The position numbers were made by a program, and so were the translations under genes. From Verrucomicrobiota bacterium (GTDB lineage Bacteria; Verrucomicrobiota; Verrucomicrobiia; Limisphaerales; Palsa-1400), in contig JBEKYR010000006.1 in NCBI GenBank assembly GCA_049510745.1, forward strand, positions 64,001 to 128,000: 64,000 nucleotides of DNA. The letters are read 5' to 3'. Numbering within the stretch: position 1 is the first letter of the stretch; the number at the start of each line of letters is the position of its first letter. The notes beneath the pieces were generated by a model that was given only the letters and a program-made list of their open reading frames with translations, was not told the origin of the DNA and did not search any database. Positions 1-10,258 of the stretch are shown in pieces.

Positions 1-213
1 ATGGGTTGACGGAGAGGTTGTTTGCAGGCGAGAGGTTCCGGGTGTGGGTTCGCTCGCGAGGTGAGGTGGGGATCCTTTCCCGGATAGGTCCGTTTAACGC
101 TCCTGGCCCAAACTTCCTCTCCGTCGAGACTGAAACCGGCGCCGTCGTTTGAGCAGTAGCCGCCTGGAGCAAAGTGACGGGGACGGTCTGGGATTATTCC
201 TCGTCGTCCGCGT

Positions 214-243
214 TTGACATTGCGCCCTGCGGGCTTATACACT
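214..243 (+). promoter_or_regulatory. Putative sigma70 promoter of the pil operon
   Basis: TTGACA at 214-219, TACACT at 238-243 (18-bp spacer); GAAGG SD-like at 267-271 before GTG at 278. Confidence 0.5.
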
Positions 244-277
244 AATGCTAGAGCGAGCATTTGAATGAAGGTTGATT

Positions 278-1987
278 GTGGCTGCGAACGATGATTATCT
301 GATTGATTGGCTGGTGGAGATGGGGCTGGTGAGCCAAGAGCAACTGGCCTCCGCGCGGGAGGAATCCGCCGTCAACGGGGAGCGCCTGGTTGACATTCTG
401 CTCGCCAAGAAAGTCATCCGTTCGGTCGATGTCGCCCAAGCCAAAGCGGCGCATTTCGGTTACGAATTCATCAATTTGGGCGAGCTCCGCTTGTCCGACG
501 ATGTCATTGCGGCGATCCCGCCGCCCGTGGCCAAGCGGTATCGGGCCATCCCGGTGGCCAAACACGATCATACTGTGGCCGTCGCCCTGGCCGACCCCTC
601 GGACCTGGACGTGGTGGACACGCTGCAGCGGATGCTAAACGCGGACGTCGAATTGCGCGTGGCGACGGACGACGACATCGACGCGGCGCTGAACAAGTAT
701 TACCGTGCGGCGGACGACTCGGTCAACAGGATGATCCAGGACATCACCGAGCATGAAGTGGAAGTGGGCCTGCCGAACAAGGAAGTGGAGGCGGACGATC
801 ACTCGGTGGTCGAAGCCGATGCGCCGATCATCAAGCTGGTCAACACCCTGATTGTGGAAGCATTCAAGGCTCGGGCCTCGGACATTCACCTGGAGCCGCT
901 CTCCAAGAAGTTTCGCGTCCGCTACCGCATTGACGGCCTGTTGCACGAGATGAAAAGCCCGCCCAAACGATTGCAGGCCGCGATCATCAGCCGTCTGAAA
1001 ATCCAGTCCAACATGTCCATCGCCGAGCGGCGGATTCCGCAGGACGGCCGCATCCAGACCCAGGTGGTGGGCAAGCTGATCGATTTGCGCGTCTCGTGCA
1101 TCCCGACCAATCACGGGGAAAGCATCGTCATGCGTATTCTGGACAAGGAAGGATTGCGGCTGGGCCTGCCGGAATTGGGCTTTTTCACCGACGACCAGCA
1201 GACGTTCGAGCGGTTGATCGGTTTGCCCGACGGCATCTTGCTGGTGACCGGGCCAACCGGGTCGGGCAAGACGACCACGCTTTACTCGTGCCTCAATTTC
1301 ATCAACCGCCCGGACCGCAAGATCATCACGGTCGAGGACCCGGTGGAGTATCTGCTGTCGGGCATCAACCAGGTGCAGGTCAACGAGGCGGTGGGGCTGA
1401 CCTTTGCCGGCGCGCTACGCGCCATGCTCCGCCAGGCGCCCAACGTCATCATGCTGGGAGAAATCCGCGACGTGGAAACGGCCACCATCGCCATTAACGC
1501 CTCGCTCACGGGCCATTTGGTGTTTTCAACCCTGCACACCAATGACGCTCCCGGAGCGGTCACGCGGTTGATCGACATCGGCGTCAAGCCGTTCCTGGTC
1601 GCCTCCTCCACGCGGGCGTTGATGGCGCAGCGGCTGGTGCGAAAAGTGTGCAAAAAGTGCGCCGCCTCGTACCAGCCCACCGAGACCGAACTGTGCTCGC
1701 TGAACCTCGACCCGGCCAAGGTCACCGGGGCGACGTTTTTGCGCGGCAAAGGCTGCAACGACTGCAATAAAACGGGCTATCGCGGGCGCTTCGGCATCTT
1801 CGAGATATTTGTCATCGACGACGAAGCGCGTAAATTGATTTATGACCGGGTGCCAACGTCGGTCCTGCGGGCGCGGGCGCGGGAAATGGGCATGCGCACG
1901 TTGCGCGAGGACGGCGCGCGCAAAGTGCTGGCCGGCCTGACCACGGCGGACGAAGTGATTCGCGCCACAGTGGGCGACGCTGATTGA
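278..1987 (+). CDS. pilB: Type IV pilus assembly ATPase, PilB/GspE family (paralogue 1)
   Basis: ASDIHLEP, Walker [48 protein letters not shown] Zn motif; start set at GTG 278 after the SD. Confidence 0.9.
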   Translation: MAANDDYLIDWLVEMGLVSQEQLASAREESAVNGERLVDILLAKKVIRSVDVAQAKAAHFGYEFINLGELRLSDDVIAAIPPPVAKRYRAIPVAKHDHTVAVALADPSDLDVVDTLQRMLNADVELRVATDDDIDAALNKYYRAADDSVNRMIQDITEHEVEVGLPNKEVEADDHSVVEADAPIIKLVNTLIVEAFKARASDIHLEPLSKKFRVRYRIDGLLHEMKSPPKRLQAAIISRLKIQSNMSIAERRIPQDGRIQTQVVGKLIDLRVSCIPTNHGESIVMRILDKEGLRLGLPELGFFTDDQQTFERLIGLPDGILLVTGPTGSGKTTTLYSCLNFINRPDRKIITVEDPVEYLLSGINQVQVNEAVGLTFAGALRAMLRQAPNVIMLGEIRDVETATIAINASLTGHLVFSTLHTNDAPGAVTRLIDIGVKPFLVASSTRALMAQRLVRKVCKKCAASYQPTETELCSLNLDPAKVTGATFLRGKGCNDCNKTGYRGRFGIFEIFVIDDEARKLIYDRVPTSVLRARAREMGMRTLREDGARKVLAGLTTADEVIRATVGDAD

Positions 1988-2016
1988 TGAAACAGAACAT
2001 TCCATTTGCGTAGCTT

Positions 2017-3135
2017 ATGTCCTACTCCATGTCAGACCTCTTGCAGTTGGTCGTCTCGGAAGGGGCCTCCGACCTGCACATTCGCGTCGGCGTTCCCCCC
2101 GTCATTCGTGTCCACGGCACGCTCCATCGAGTCGATGGGCCGATCTTGCGGATGGAAGACACTGAGGAACTGATGCGGAGCATCACCTCCGAAGACAGCG
2201 TTCAGCACGTGCGCGAGAATGGGGGGACGGACTTCGGGTTTGCGTTTGGCGAATTGGCCCGATTCCGTGTCAGTGTGTTCAAGGAAAGAGGGAACTTCGG
2301 AGTGGTCTTGCGGCAGATTCCCAGCAAGCTCCTGACCCTGGAGGAAATCGGGATGCCGCGGCCGACGATCATGACCCTCCTGCACAAGCCGCGCGGCCTG
2401 GTGCTGGTGACCGGGCCGACCGGGTCGGGCAAGACGACCACGCTGGCCTCGATGATCAACATCATCAATGAAGAGCGCGACGACGCTCATATCATCACGG
2501 TCGAAGACCCCATCGAGTATTATCACAAACACAAAAAGGCCATCGTCACCCAGCGCGAAGTCCACGTGGATGTGCCCAGTTTTGCCGAGGCGCTGCGCCG
2601 GGCCTTGCGGCAGGACCCGGATGTCGTTCTGGTGGGCGAATTGCGCGACTTGGAAACGATGGAAGCGGCCGTGACGGCCGCGGAAACGGGCCACCTGGTC
2701 TTTGGCACCCTGCACACCACCGGGGCGGCCAAGACGATTGACCGTCTGGTCAACGCCTTCCCGATCAACCAGCAGGAAACCATCCGCATCCAGCTCTCGA
2801 CGGTCCTGCAGGCGGTCATTTCGCAATTGTTGCTGCCGCGGATCGACAAGCCGGGCCGCATTGCCGCCTTTGAAATCATGATCAACACCCCGGCCATTGC
2901 CGCGCTCATTCGCGACAACAAAACCTTCCGCATCCAATCCGATATTCAAACCGGAGGCAAATGGGGGATGGTCACCCTGGACAGCAACCTCATGGAAAAA
3001 TATCAAGCCGGCATCATTTCCCGCGAGGAAGCGGCCAACAAATCCCAAGACCCCACCACCATGCTCCAGAAACTGGCGGAATGGGAGGCGTCCCAGGCCG
3101 AGTCGGGCGGCGGGGGGCCTGAAATAACCCAATAA
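2017..3135 (+). CDS. pilT: Type IV pilus retraction ATPase PilT
   Basis: [58 protein letters not shown] (AIRNLIRE-like). Confidence 0.93.
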   Translation: MSYSMSDLLQLVVSEGASDLHIRVGVPPVIRVHGTLHRVDGPILRMEDTEELMRSITSEDSVQHVRENGGTDFGFAFGELARFRVSVFKERGNFGVVLRQIPSKLLTLEEIGMPRPTIMTLLHKPRGLVLVTGPTGSGKTTTLASMINIINEERDDAHIITVEDPIEYYHKHKKAIVTQREVHVDVPSFAEALRRALRQDPDVVLVGELRDLETMEAAVTAAETGHLVFGTLHTTGAAKTIDRLVNAFPINQQETIRIQLSTVLQAVISQLLLPRIDKPGRIAAFEIMINTPAIAALIRDNKTFRIQSDIQTGGKWGMVTLDSNLMEKYQAGIISREEAANKSQDPTTMLQKLAEWEASQAESGGGGPEITQ

Positions 3136-3138
3136 CCC

Positions 3139-4845
3139 ATGCCCACATCCGTTTCCAGTCCTCTTTTGGAGTTGATCAAGTCTCAAAACTTGCTGGACGA
3201 CCTCCAACTTGAAGAAGTCAAGGAAGAGCACAACCGCAGTGGCAAACCCATCTCCGAAATCCTCCAGGACTTTGGCTTCCTGGACATGGACGCCCAGCTC
3301 CAGGTCATTGCCAACCATCTGGGCACCGAGGTCATCCAACTGAGCCAGCGGGAAATCACCCCCGAAATCCTTTCCATCGTCCCGGCCGAGACGGCGCGCA
3401 TGTATAAATGTTTGCCGGTGGCCGTCTATGATACAACCGTGAAACTGGCCCTGGCCGACCCGCTGAACCCGACCATGGTCGATGAACTCGCCTACGTCAT
3501 CCGCAAGGAGATCATCCCGGTGGTGGCCGATCCGGCCGAAATTGAAAGTGCCGTCAACCGGTACTATGGCGATTCCCAGTCCAACGTCGCCGACATCCTC
3601 AAGGAACTGGGCCAGGACAACGAAATCGCCCGCGAGACGGCCGAAGCCGCCGCCACCGGCGCGGCCGCGGACCTGGAAAACCTGGCCAACGAAGCCCCCA
3701 TCATCCGGTTCGTCAACCTGGTCCTCTTTCAAGCCGTCCAGGACCGCGCCAGCGACATCCATTTCGAGCCGTTCGAGGATGAATTCAAAATCCGTTACCG
3801 CGTGGACGGCGCCCTTTACGAAATGTCCCCGCCGCCCAAGCACCTGGCCCTGCCGGTCATTTCCCGGTTGAAAGTCATGTCCAGCCTGGACATATCCGAG
3901 CGGCGCCTGCCGCAAGACGGGCGCATCGCCATCCAGATCGCCGGGCGCACCATCGACCTGCGCGTCTCGACCCTGCCGACGCAATTCGGCGAATCGGTCG
4001 TGTTGCGCGTGCTGGACCGGGCGGCCGTGAACCTTGATATCAAGAGCCTGGGTTTTCCCAAACCGGTGCTGGATTACGTGGCCGAAGCCATCACGCAGCC
4101 CAACGGCATCTTTGTCGTGACCGGCCCGACCGGCTGCGGCAAGACGACCACCCTCTACTCGTGCCTGCGCGCCGTCAACAACATGGACTCCAAGCTGCTG
4201 ACGGTCGAGGACCCGGTGGAATACGACATCGAGGGCATCATGCAGGTGGCGGTCAACGAGGCGGTGGGCATGACCTTCAGCAAGGCGCTGCGCGCCTTCC
4301 TGCGCCAGGACCCGGACATTATCATGCTGGGGGAAATGCGCGATTTGGAGACCTCGCAAATCGCCATCCAGGCCTCGCTCACCGGCCACCTGGTCTTGAG
4401 CACGCTGCACACCAATGACGCCCCCGGCGCGGTCACGCGCCTGATCGACATGGGGGTGGAGCCGTTTTTGATTTCCTCGACCTTGATGGCGGTGCTGGGG
4501 CAACGGTTGGTGCGCACGATGTGCAAGAAGTGCCGCACGCCCTTCGAGCCGACCGAAAGCCAGCTCTCCCTGCTCAATCTCTCCCCGCACGACGTGGGCG
4601 ACAAGGTGTTCTATTATGGCCGGGGTTGCGCGGGCTGCAACGACACCGGTTACAGGGGCCGCCGCGGCATCTTCGAGTTGTTGGTCGTCTCGGAGCAGAT
4701 TCGCGCCCTGATCAACGATAAATCCCCAACGGTGGTCGTCCGCCAAAAGGCGGTCGAACTGGGCATGGTCACCCTGCGCGAGGACGGCTTGCGCGGAATT
4801 TTCGACGGTGATACAACTATTGAGGAAGTCGTCAAATACACCTGA
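3139..4845 (+). CDS. pilB: Type IV pilus assembly ATPase, PilB/GspE family (paralogue 2)
   Basis: [36 protein letters not shown] and CAGC motifs; N-terminal MshEN-like region. Confidence 0.9.
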   Translation: MPTSVSSPLLELIKSQNLLDDLQLEEVKEEHNRSGKPISEILQDFGFLDMDAQLQVIANHLGTEVIQLSQREITPEILSIVPAETARMYKCLPVAVYDTTVKLALADPLNPTMVDELAYVIRKEIIPVVADPAEIESAVNRYYGDSQSNVADILKELGQDNEIARETAEAAATGAAADLENLANEAPIIRFVNLVLFQAVQDRASDIHFEPFEDEFKIRYRVDGALYEMSPPPKHLALPVISRLKVMSSLDISERRLPQDGRIAIQIAGRTIDLRVSTLPTQFGESVVLRVLDRAAVNLDIKSLGFPKPVLDYVAEAITQPNGIFVVTGPTGCGKTTTLYSCLRAVNNMDSKLLTVEDPVEYDIEGIMQVAVNEAVGMTFSKALRAFLRQDPDIIMLGEMRDLETSQIAIQASLTGHLVLSTLHTNDAPGAVTRLIDMGVEPFLISSTLMAVLGQRLVRTMCKKCRTPFEPTESQLSLLNLSPHDVGDKVFYYGRGCAGCNDTGYRGRRGIFELLVVSEQIRALINDKSPTVVVRQKAVELGMVTLREDGLRGIFDGDTTIEEVVKYT

Positions 4846-4850
4846 GTCTT

Positions 4851-6170
4851 ATGCCAAAATTCAACTATGTCGCCATGGACTCGAGGGGCAAGGAAACCAA
4901 GGGCACCCTCGAGGTTGCCAGCCAAAACGAAGCCATCGGGCGCATCAAGGAAATGGGCTTCTTCCCCACCAAAGTGGTCGAGGACAAGGGCGGTCCCGCC
5001 CCCGGCGCGGCCGCCAAGAAAGCCGCGGCCAAGGGCGCCAAAAAAGGCGGCATCGACCTGAATTTCCAGATCAAAATCCCCGGCCTTAGCGGCCGCGTCA
5101 AGTCGAAGGTCCTGACCACCTTCACCCGCCAACTGGCCACGCTGGTGCAAGCGGGGCTGCCGTTGTTGCGCGGCTTGCGGGTGTTGCAGAAGCAGGAGAG
5201 AAACGCCAATCTCAAGAGCATCCTGGGTGACTTGGCCACCGCCATCGAAGGGGGGAGCACCTTCTCGGAGGCCCTGGCCCAGCATCCCAAAGTCTTCAAC
5301 CGGCTCTTCGTCAACATGGTCAAGGCCGGCGAAATCGGCGGTGTGCTCGAAGTCGTCCTCAAGCGCCTCTCCGAGTTCATGGAAAAGGCGCAAAAGATCA
5401 AAGGCAAGATCGTCGCCGCCATGTTCTATCCCTGCGCCGTCATGTGCGTCGCCACCGCCATCATGGGCGTTTTGATGGTCGTCGTCATTCCGAAGTTTCG
5501 CGAAATCTTTGAAGGCACCCTCGGCAACGGACAGCAACTGCCCCCCTTCACCAGCTTCGTCCTGGGCGTCAGTGCCACCATCAAAGACCATTTCGGACGC
5601 ACCATGCTCTATCTCCTTGCCGCAGTCATAGCTTTTAACGTCGTCATTCGCACCAAGATAGGACACAAGCTCTGGGACAAATTCAAACTGACGGTGCCCG
5701 TCATCGGACCCGTCGTCAATAAAGTGGCCATCTCGCGCTTCACCCGCACCTTGGGCACCTTGGTCAGCAGCGGCGTGCCCATCCTGCAAGCCCTGACCAT
5801 CGTCAAGGAAACTTCCGGCAACGTCATCATCAGCAACGCCGTCGGCGCCGTCCACGAAAGCGTCAAAGAAGGCGAAACCATCACCGCTCCCTTGGAATCC
5901 GCCGGCATCTTTCCTCCCATGGTCGTCAGCATGGTCGATGTCGGCGAACAAACCGGCGCCTTGCCCGAAATGTTGATGAAGATTGCCGACAACTACGACG
6001 AAGAAGTCGATAACGCCGTCGCCGCCATGACTTCCCTGCTCGAACCGATCATGATCGTCTTTCTGGCGGTCGTGGTGGGCAGCATCGTTATCGCCATGTT
6101 CCTGCCGCTGATCCAACTGATGGAAACCGTCGGCGACGACCAGAAGCAAGGCGGCGGAGCCAAGGAGTAG
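4851..6170 (+). CDS. pilC: Type IV pilus inner-membrane platform protein PilC/GspF
   Basis: FTRQLATLVQAGLPLL, MVKAGEIGG, FTRTLGTLVSSGVPIL, GEQTGAL, LLEPIMIV; three TM segments. Confidence 0.93.
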   Translation: MPKFNYVAMDSRGKETKGTLEVASQNEAIGRIKEMGFFPTKVVEDKGGPAPGAAAKKAAAKGAKKGGIDLNFQIKIPGLSGRVKSKVLTTFTRQLATLVQAGLPLLRGLRVLQKQERNANLKSILGDLATAIEGGSTFSEALAQHPKVFNRLFVNMVKAGEIGGVLEVVLKRLSEFMEKAQKIKGKIVAAMFYPCAVMCVATAIMGVLMVVVIPKFREIFEGTLGNGQQLPPFTSFVLGVSATIKDHFGRTMLYLLAAVIAFNVVIRTKIGHKLWDKFKLTVPVIGPVVNKVAISRFTRTLGTLVSSGVPILQALTIVKETSGNVIISNAVGAVHESVKEGETITAPLESAGIFPPMVVSMVDVGEQTGALPEMLMKIADNYDEEVDNAVAAMTSLLEPIMIVFLAVVVGSIVIAMFLPLIQLMETVGDDQKQGGGAKE

Positions 6171-6289
6171 GAGGGACGCCTCCCGTCCGCCAGCGATCAG
6201 CCGGCCACCAACAGCCTGGCTTGTGCCGGCTGGGTTGCGGCATTTTGAATTGACACGGGGCGCGCCTCCGAAATAGAAGTGGCCCCCTT

Positions 6290-8668
6290 ATGGAATCATT
6301 CCGCCTGTTCCGGGGCCGGCATTTTCTCCTGAGCGTTCCGACGACAGTCGCCGTGTGCTTTGCCTCTGGCCGCCTTTTCGCCGCAAACGATGCTCCACCC
6401 GCTCCGCAGACTCCCCGGCCGGCAGAAACCTGGGACGGCGGCAAACTGCTCGAACAAACCAAGCGCCAGGCTGAGGAGGCCCTGGCGCGCGCGGACCTTT
6501 CCGCCTATCGAGGCTGGATTAAGTTCCTGCGTTTCGAGGCGGAAAGCGCCGTCGCAAGAACCGGCCCGGCCAGCGAGCTGTCGCGCACGAACCTTTCCCG
6601 TCTGGCCGACTGGCTGCAGCGCATCCAAGCCAACCCGGATATCCTCGGCACCCTGCGCGGGGTTCAGGAGTGGGCCTACGAATCACCCGCTGACGACAGT
6701 GGCCAGCCCTTCAGATTGAGTATTCCCACGGATTACGACCCGAAACGCCCAGCCGGGCTTTCGGTGGTTTTGCACGGGAACGGGGGGAACCACGTCGAAC
6801 AATCGGGGTGGATGCACCCGCATGAGGGAATGTTCGATCTTGCCGTGCTGGGCCGGGCGCGGGGCGGGGGCTATACGGCGTTGTCGGAGGCCGACGTTCT
6901 GCAAGCCATGAACTACGTTGAAAACCACTGGCGTGTGGATACGAACCGCATCCGGCTTTCCGGCGCCAGCATGGGTGGGGGTGGGATTTTGAACGTGGCG
7001 GCGCACCATCCGCATCTTTTCGCCTCCGCCCGGGTGGTGTGTGGTTACGCCATGTGGTCGGGCGAGGACGCCCTTCCGGTGGAGAATCTGCTGACCGTTC
7101 CGATCTACGCCATGCACAGCGCCGACGATTGGCTGGCGCCGATTCTTATTTCGCGCGCTCCCCTGGCGCGGTTGCGCGAACTGGGCGGACAGGTCATTTT
7201 CGATGAAACGAACGGTTTCGGGCATGGCGTTGGTGGAAACGCCGAAGGGAACAAGCGTGCCGATGCGTGGATCGAACACCAGGTGCGGCCGGATTCGAGG
7301 ACGGTGCGGCGGCTGAAATTCACCGCGCTATCCGGGACCGCCGCGCGGGACTGGTGGGCCGAAATCCTGGAATGGGGACCGGCCCCAAAACCGGCCCGTT
7401 TTTCACTCGTGGCCGGCGTCGAAAACACGCTCTACGCCGAACTCTCCAACATCACCCGGCTGCGGCTGCGGGTGGCGGAGTCGCCCTTTGACCGGGGACA
7501 GCCCTTGCGGGTCTCCGTCAATGGAGGCGTGGCGCTGGAAGTGCCAGCCCCGTTGCCTGAGAGCCTGGTGGTAGCCAGCACGCCGCGCGGCTGGCAGGCT
7601 GAAATGAAACCGGAGTTGCCGTCCTTCCGCCTGCATACTCCCGGAGGCCCGATGCTGCTGTACGACGGCTCGCCGTTGCTCATCGTGTATGGCACGGATG
7701 GCGACACCAATCTCTGCCAGGAGATGCGCCAAGCGGCCGAGGCGGCCGGCAAAAGCCCGAATCCGGGCTGGGCGTCCGAGGGCGCACCGGTCGGACCTGA
7801 GGCGGTGCCCAATGATCAGAATCTCTATGGACGGTTGAACGTGAAGGCTGATCGGGACGTGACCGATGCCGATATGCAAAAATGCCACTTGGTGCTCATC
7901 GGCACCGTGCAACAGAACAGCCTGGTGGCCCGCCTGGCGGGGCAGTTGCCTGTGCGATGGGCCGACGGCAAAATCTCATGCAGCGACGGATTGGAGTTGG
8001 GCGGCACCAATCAAGCGATCAGCCTGGTGCATTTCAATCCGTTGGCGCCCCAGCGTCTGCTTTATTGGGTGGCGTCGGATCTGGCCGCTTTTTACCACGG
8101 TGCCCGAGGGGCTTCCATCGTGACGGGCGCCGACTTGCTGGTCTTCGACTTGACGCAGGACAGGCTGGTCGTGGCCCGGAGCTTTGACAGCCGCTGGCAT
8201 TGGGACGCCAGCCGGGCAACCTCGCCCCTGGTTCCGGCCACGCTGCTCAGCCGGCACGAGGCCGATGTGGCCGTCGCCAGGGCGTTGCGGCGGGCAACCG
8301 GCGCGGATTTTGTGTTCGCGCGAATTGCCACGAACTTGTCTCCGACCTTTGTTTTGGGCACGACACGTCTTTCGGACGCCATTCCTTTTTGTTTTTACCA
8401 ACCCATTGGCCTGCTGGATATGTCGGGAACCGAATTGCTGGAAGCCGAACAGCGCCGGAAAGCGGACGCGAAGGAGGAGTGGCCCTGCCCGTTGTACCCG
8501 TCTCTGGACCCGGCGAAAATCGAGCCTGGGCGGCGCTACCGGGTGGCGGTTTCGGCCGATGACACCTGGTCTTTTGCCCACACGTTCAAAATCACCTCGT
8601 CTTCGTTTCGGATGACGGATCTGGAGGCCAGCGACGTTCTGGAACGTTTCCTCCTCTCGGACCAGTGA
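6290..8668 (+). CDS. Secreted alpha/beta-hydrolase (esterase/peptidase-like) with a 5'-nucleotidase-C-like C-terminal domain
   Basis: Signal peptide, VVLHGNG, nucleophile elbow GASMGG, HSADD, GFGHG; upstream TTGACA at 6250. Confidence 0.65.
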   Translation: MESFRLFRGRHFLLSVPTTVAVCFASGRLFAANDAPPAPQTPRPAETWDGGKLLEQTKRQAEEALARADLSAYRGWIKFLRFEAESAVARTGPASELSRTNLSRLADWLQRIQANPDILGTLRGVQEWAYESPADDSGQPFRLSIPTDYDPKRPAGLSVVLHGNGGNHVEQSGWMHPHEGMFDLAVLGRARGGGYTALSEADVLQAMNYVENHWRVDTNRIRLSGASMGGGGILNVAAHHPHLFASARVVCGYAMWSGEDALPVENLLTVPIYAMHSADDWLAPILISRAPLARLRELGGQVIFDETNGFGHGVGGNAEGNKRADAWIEHQVRPDSRTVRRLKFTALSGTAARDWWAEILEWGPAPKPARFSLVAGVENTLYAELSNITRLRLRVAESPFDRGQPLRVSVNGGVALEVPAPLPESLVVASTPRGWQAEMKPELPSFRLHTPGGPMLLYDGSPLLIVYGTDGDTNLCQEMRQAAEAAGKSPNPGWASEGAPVGPEAVPNDQNLYGRLNVKADRDVTDADMQKCHLVLIGTVQQNSLVARLAGQLPVRWADGKISCSDGLELGGTNQAISLVHFNPLAPQRLLYWVASDLAAFYHGARGASIVTGADLLVFDLTQDRLVVARSFDSRWHWDASRATSPLVPATLLSRHEADVAVARALRRATGADFVFARIATNLSPTFVLGTTRLSDAIPFCFYQPIGLLDMSGTELLEAEQRRKADAKEEWPCPLYPSLDPAKIEPGRRYRVAVSADDTWSFAHTFKITSSSFRMTDLEASDVLERFLLSDQ

Positions 8669-8741
8669 GGTTGAGCTTGCAGGGGATTCCAATTTCCTTG
8701 GTCGTAAAGTTTCCAACGCGTATCGTGCCAGTGGATTCATC

Positions 8742-9311
8742 ATGACGACAGTTTCAATTCCATTGATCATCGCCTGTTGGATAATTTACATGGGCTATTG
8801 GGGCGTCAGCGCGCTCGGGGCAAAGCCGGCGGCGGAACGTCAAAGCTGGCTGTCCTCTCTGGCGTACCGGGGACCCCTCGGTCTGGGCGGCATGCTGCTT
8901 TGGTTCCCGCACTTGCCCTATCCGCTGAGCCTGGCCCTCACCCCGCATCCGAACTTTGTGCGAGCCGCCGGGGCCGCCGTTTGCGCGTTTGGATTGTTTG
9001 TGGCGATATGGTCGCGCCGGACCCTGGCCGGCAATTGGAGCAGCTCGGTCACGTTCAAGCAGGGACACGAACTTATTCAAGCCGGGCCGTACCGCTTCGC
9101 GCGGCATCCCATCTATACGGGCATTCTCCTGATGTGCTTGGGAACGGCCGTCGCGCGCGGACTGCTTCACTGCTGGGTCGGATTCCTGATCTTGTGCCTT
9201 GGCTTTTGGATCAAACTCAGCCAGGAAGAATCGCTCCTGCTGCGGCATTTCCCCGACGCGTATCCTTCGTACCAAACCCGGGTAAAGGCCCTCGTCCCTT
9301 TCGTCATCTAA
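8742..9311 (+). CDS. Isoprenylcysteine carboxyl methyltransferase (ICMT/PEMT) family membrane protein
   Basis: HELIQAGPYRFARHPIYTG, EESLL..F...Y..Y motifs; several TM helices. Confidence 0.88.
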   Translation: MTTVSIPLIIACWIIYMGYWGVSALGAKPAAERQSWLSSLAYRGPLGLGGMLLWFPHLPYPLSLALTPHPNFVRAAGAAVCAFGLFVAIWSRRTLAGNWSSSVTFKQGHELIQAGPYRFARHPIYTGILLMCLGTAVARGLLHCWVGFLILCLGFWIKLSQEESLLLRHFPDAYPSYQTRVKALVPFVI

Positions 9312-9361
9312 TCCAATTCACGCGACGCGGATGCCGGCGCCGGCCGGGACTTCCTCCCGGT

Positions 9362-10258
9362 TTAACGAGGAAGGTTGTTCGTATTGCTCTGTGAATTCTG
9401 CCGGTTCATCACATCGTTTTGCAGCCACTCCCTGACCACGGCCATTTGGGGTTCGTTGAATTCGTGTCCGGTGTCTTTCAGGATGCGGCAGGACACATTG
9501 ACATTGAGCAGCTTCCAGGCGTCCTGCTGCAACTGGCTTTGCCGGATCTTTAATTCCCGCCCGAACTCCTCCTGGTCTCCGACGAGAATGAGAAACCGGC
9601 AATCCCGCGCCCAGCTTTTGTGCAGATCGGCCAGATGAAACATCCCGTGATCCACGAGACAGAAGTTGCGGAAATGGGTGAGGATGAACTCGTCGTGACT
9701 GGACACCAGGACGCCGATGGTGATCGCGCCGTTGGAGAAGCCGACCAAGGCGCTTTTCTCGCGGTCGATGTTGGGAACCCGCTCGAACAAACGGCCCAGC
9801 ATCACCCGATAGGCTTTGGAGAGGACCGCGTAATCCTCAAAACTGACGATCACCCCGCCGGCCGGCTCGCTCCGGTCGATGGACTTTTTGAACAAGGGCA
9901 GTGAGGCGGCAATCCAACCGCGCGGCCCGGCGATCGTCTCGGCGTTGGAGATGTTGCCTTTCGGCCCGCCATCGTTGCCGGGGACATAGACCAGCAGCGG
10001 ATAGGTATTCGTTGGAGTGTAATCATCGGGCAGGCGCACGGTCAAACAGGGGGTCTCGGTCGTCCCCTCCATCATCGCATGGAGAGTGAGGGGGAGATCC
10101 GCGTCGCCGAACTGGATTTCGCTTCTTTGTCCGGGTTGCCGCCATTGCGCGGGCACGTTGGTTTCGGCGGCCGGCGCAACGTCCGGCTTTGCCGCGCCGG
10201 CAACGACACAGCCGCAGAGAAGATGGGCGCAAAGTCTTGGGAACCGATTCCAATTCAT
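9362..10258 (-). CDS. Secreted alpha/beta-hydrolase fold protein
   Basis: YPLLVYVPG, GFSNG elbow, GD and TGHEF; stop/start overlap with ccsA. Confidence 0.65.
   Translation of the reverse strand: MNWNRFPRLCAHLLCGCVVAGAAKPDVAPAAETNVPAQWRQPGQRSEIQFGDADLPLTLHAMMEGTTETPCLTVRLPDDYTPTNTYPLLVYVPGNDGGPKGNISNAETIAGPRGWIAASLPLFKKSIDRSEPAGGVIVSFEDYAVLSKAYRVMLGRLFERVPNIDREKSALVGFSNGAITIGVLVSSHDEFILTHFRNFCLVDHGMFHLADLHKSWARDCRFLILVGDQEEFGRELKIRQSQLQQDAWKLLNVNVSCRILKDTGHEFNEPQMAVVREWLQNDVMNRQNSQSNTNNLPR

Noticed and set aside
8..125. 10-bp inverted repeat GACGGAGAGG/CCTCTCCGTC as a possible riboswitch or leader
   Set aside because: No recognisable riboswitch consensus, and the context is cut by the window edge.
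2032..4746. 904-aa minus-strand ORF and other long antisense ORFs (e.g. 13766-15970, 50665-52680, 59562-61172)
   Set aside because: They fully overlap well-supported genes on the opposite strand and have no motifs; typical high-GC shadow frames.
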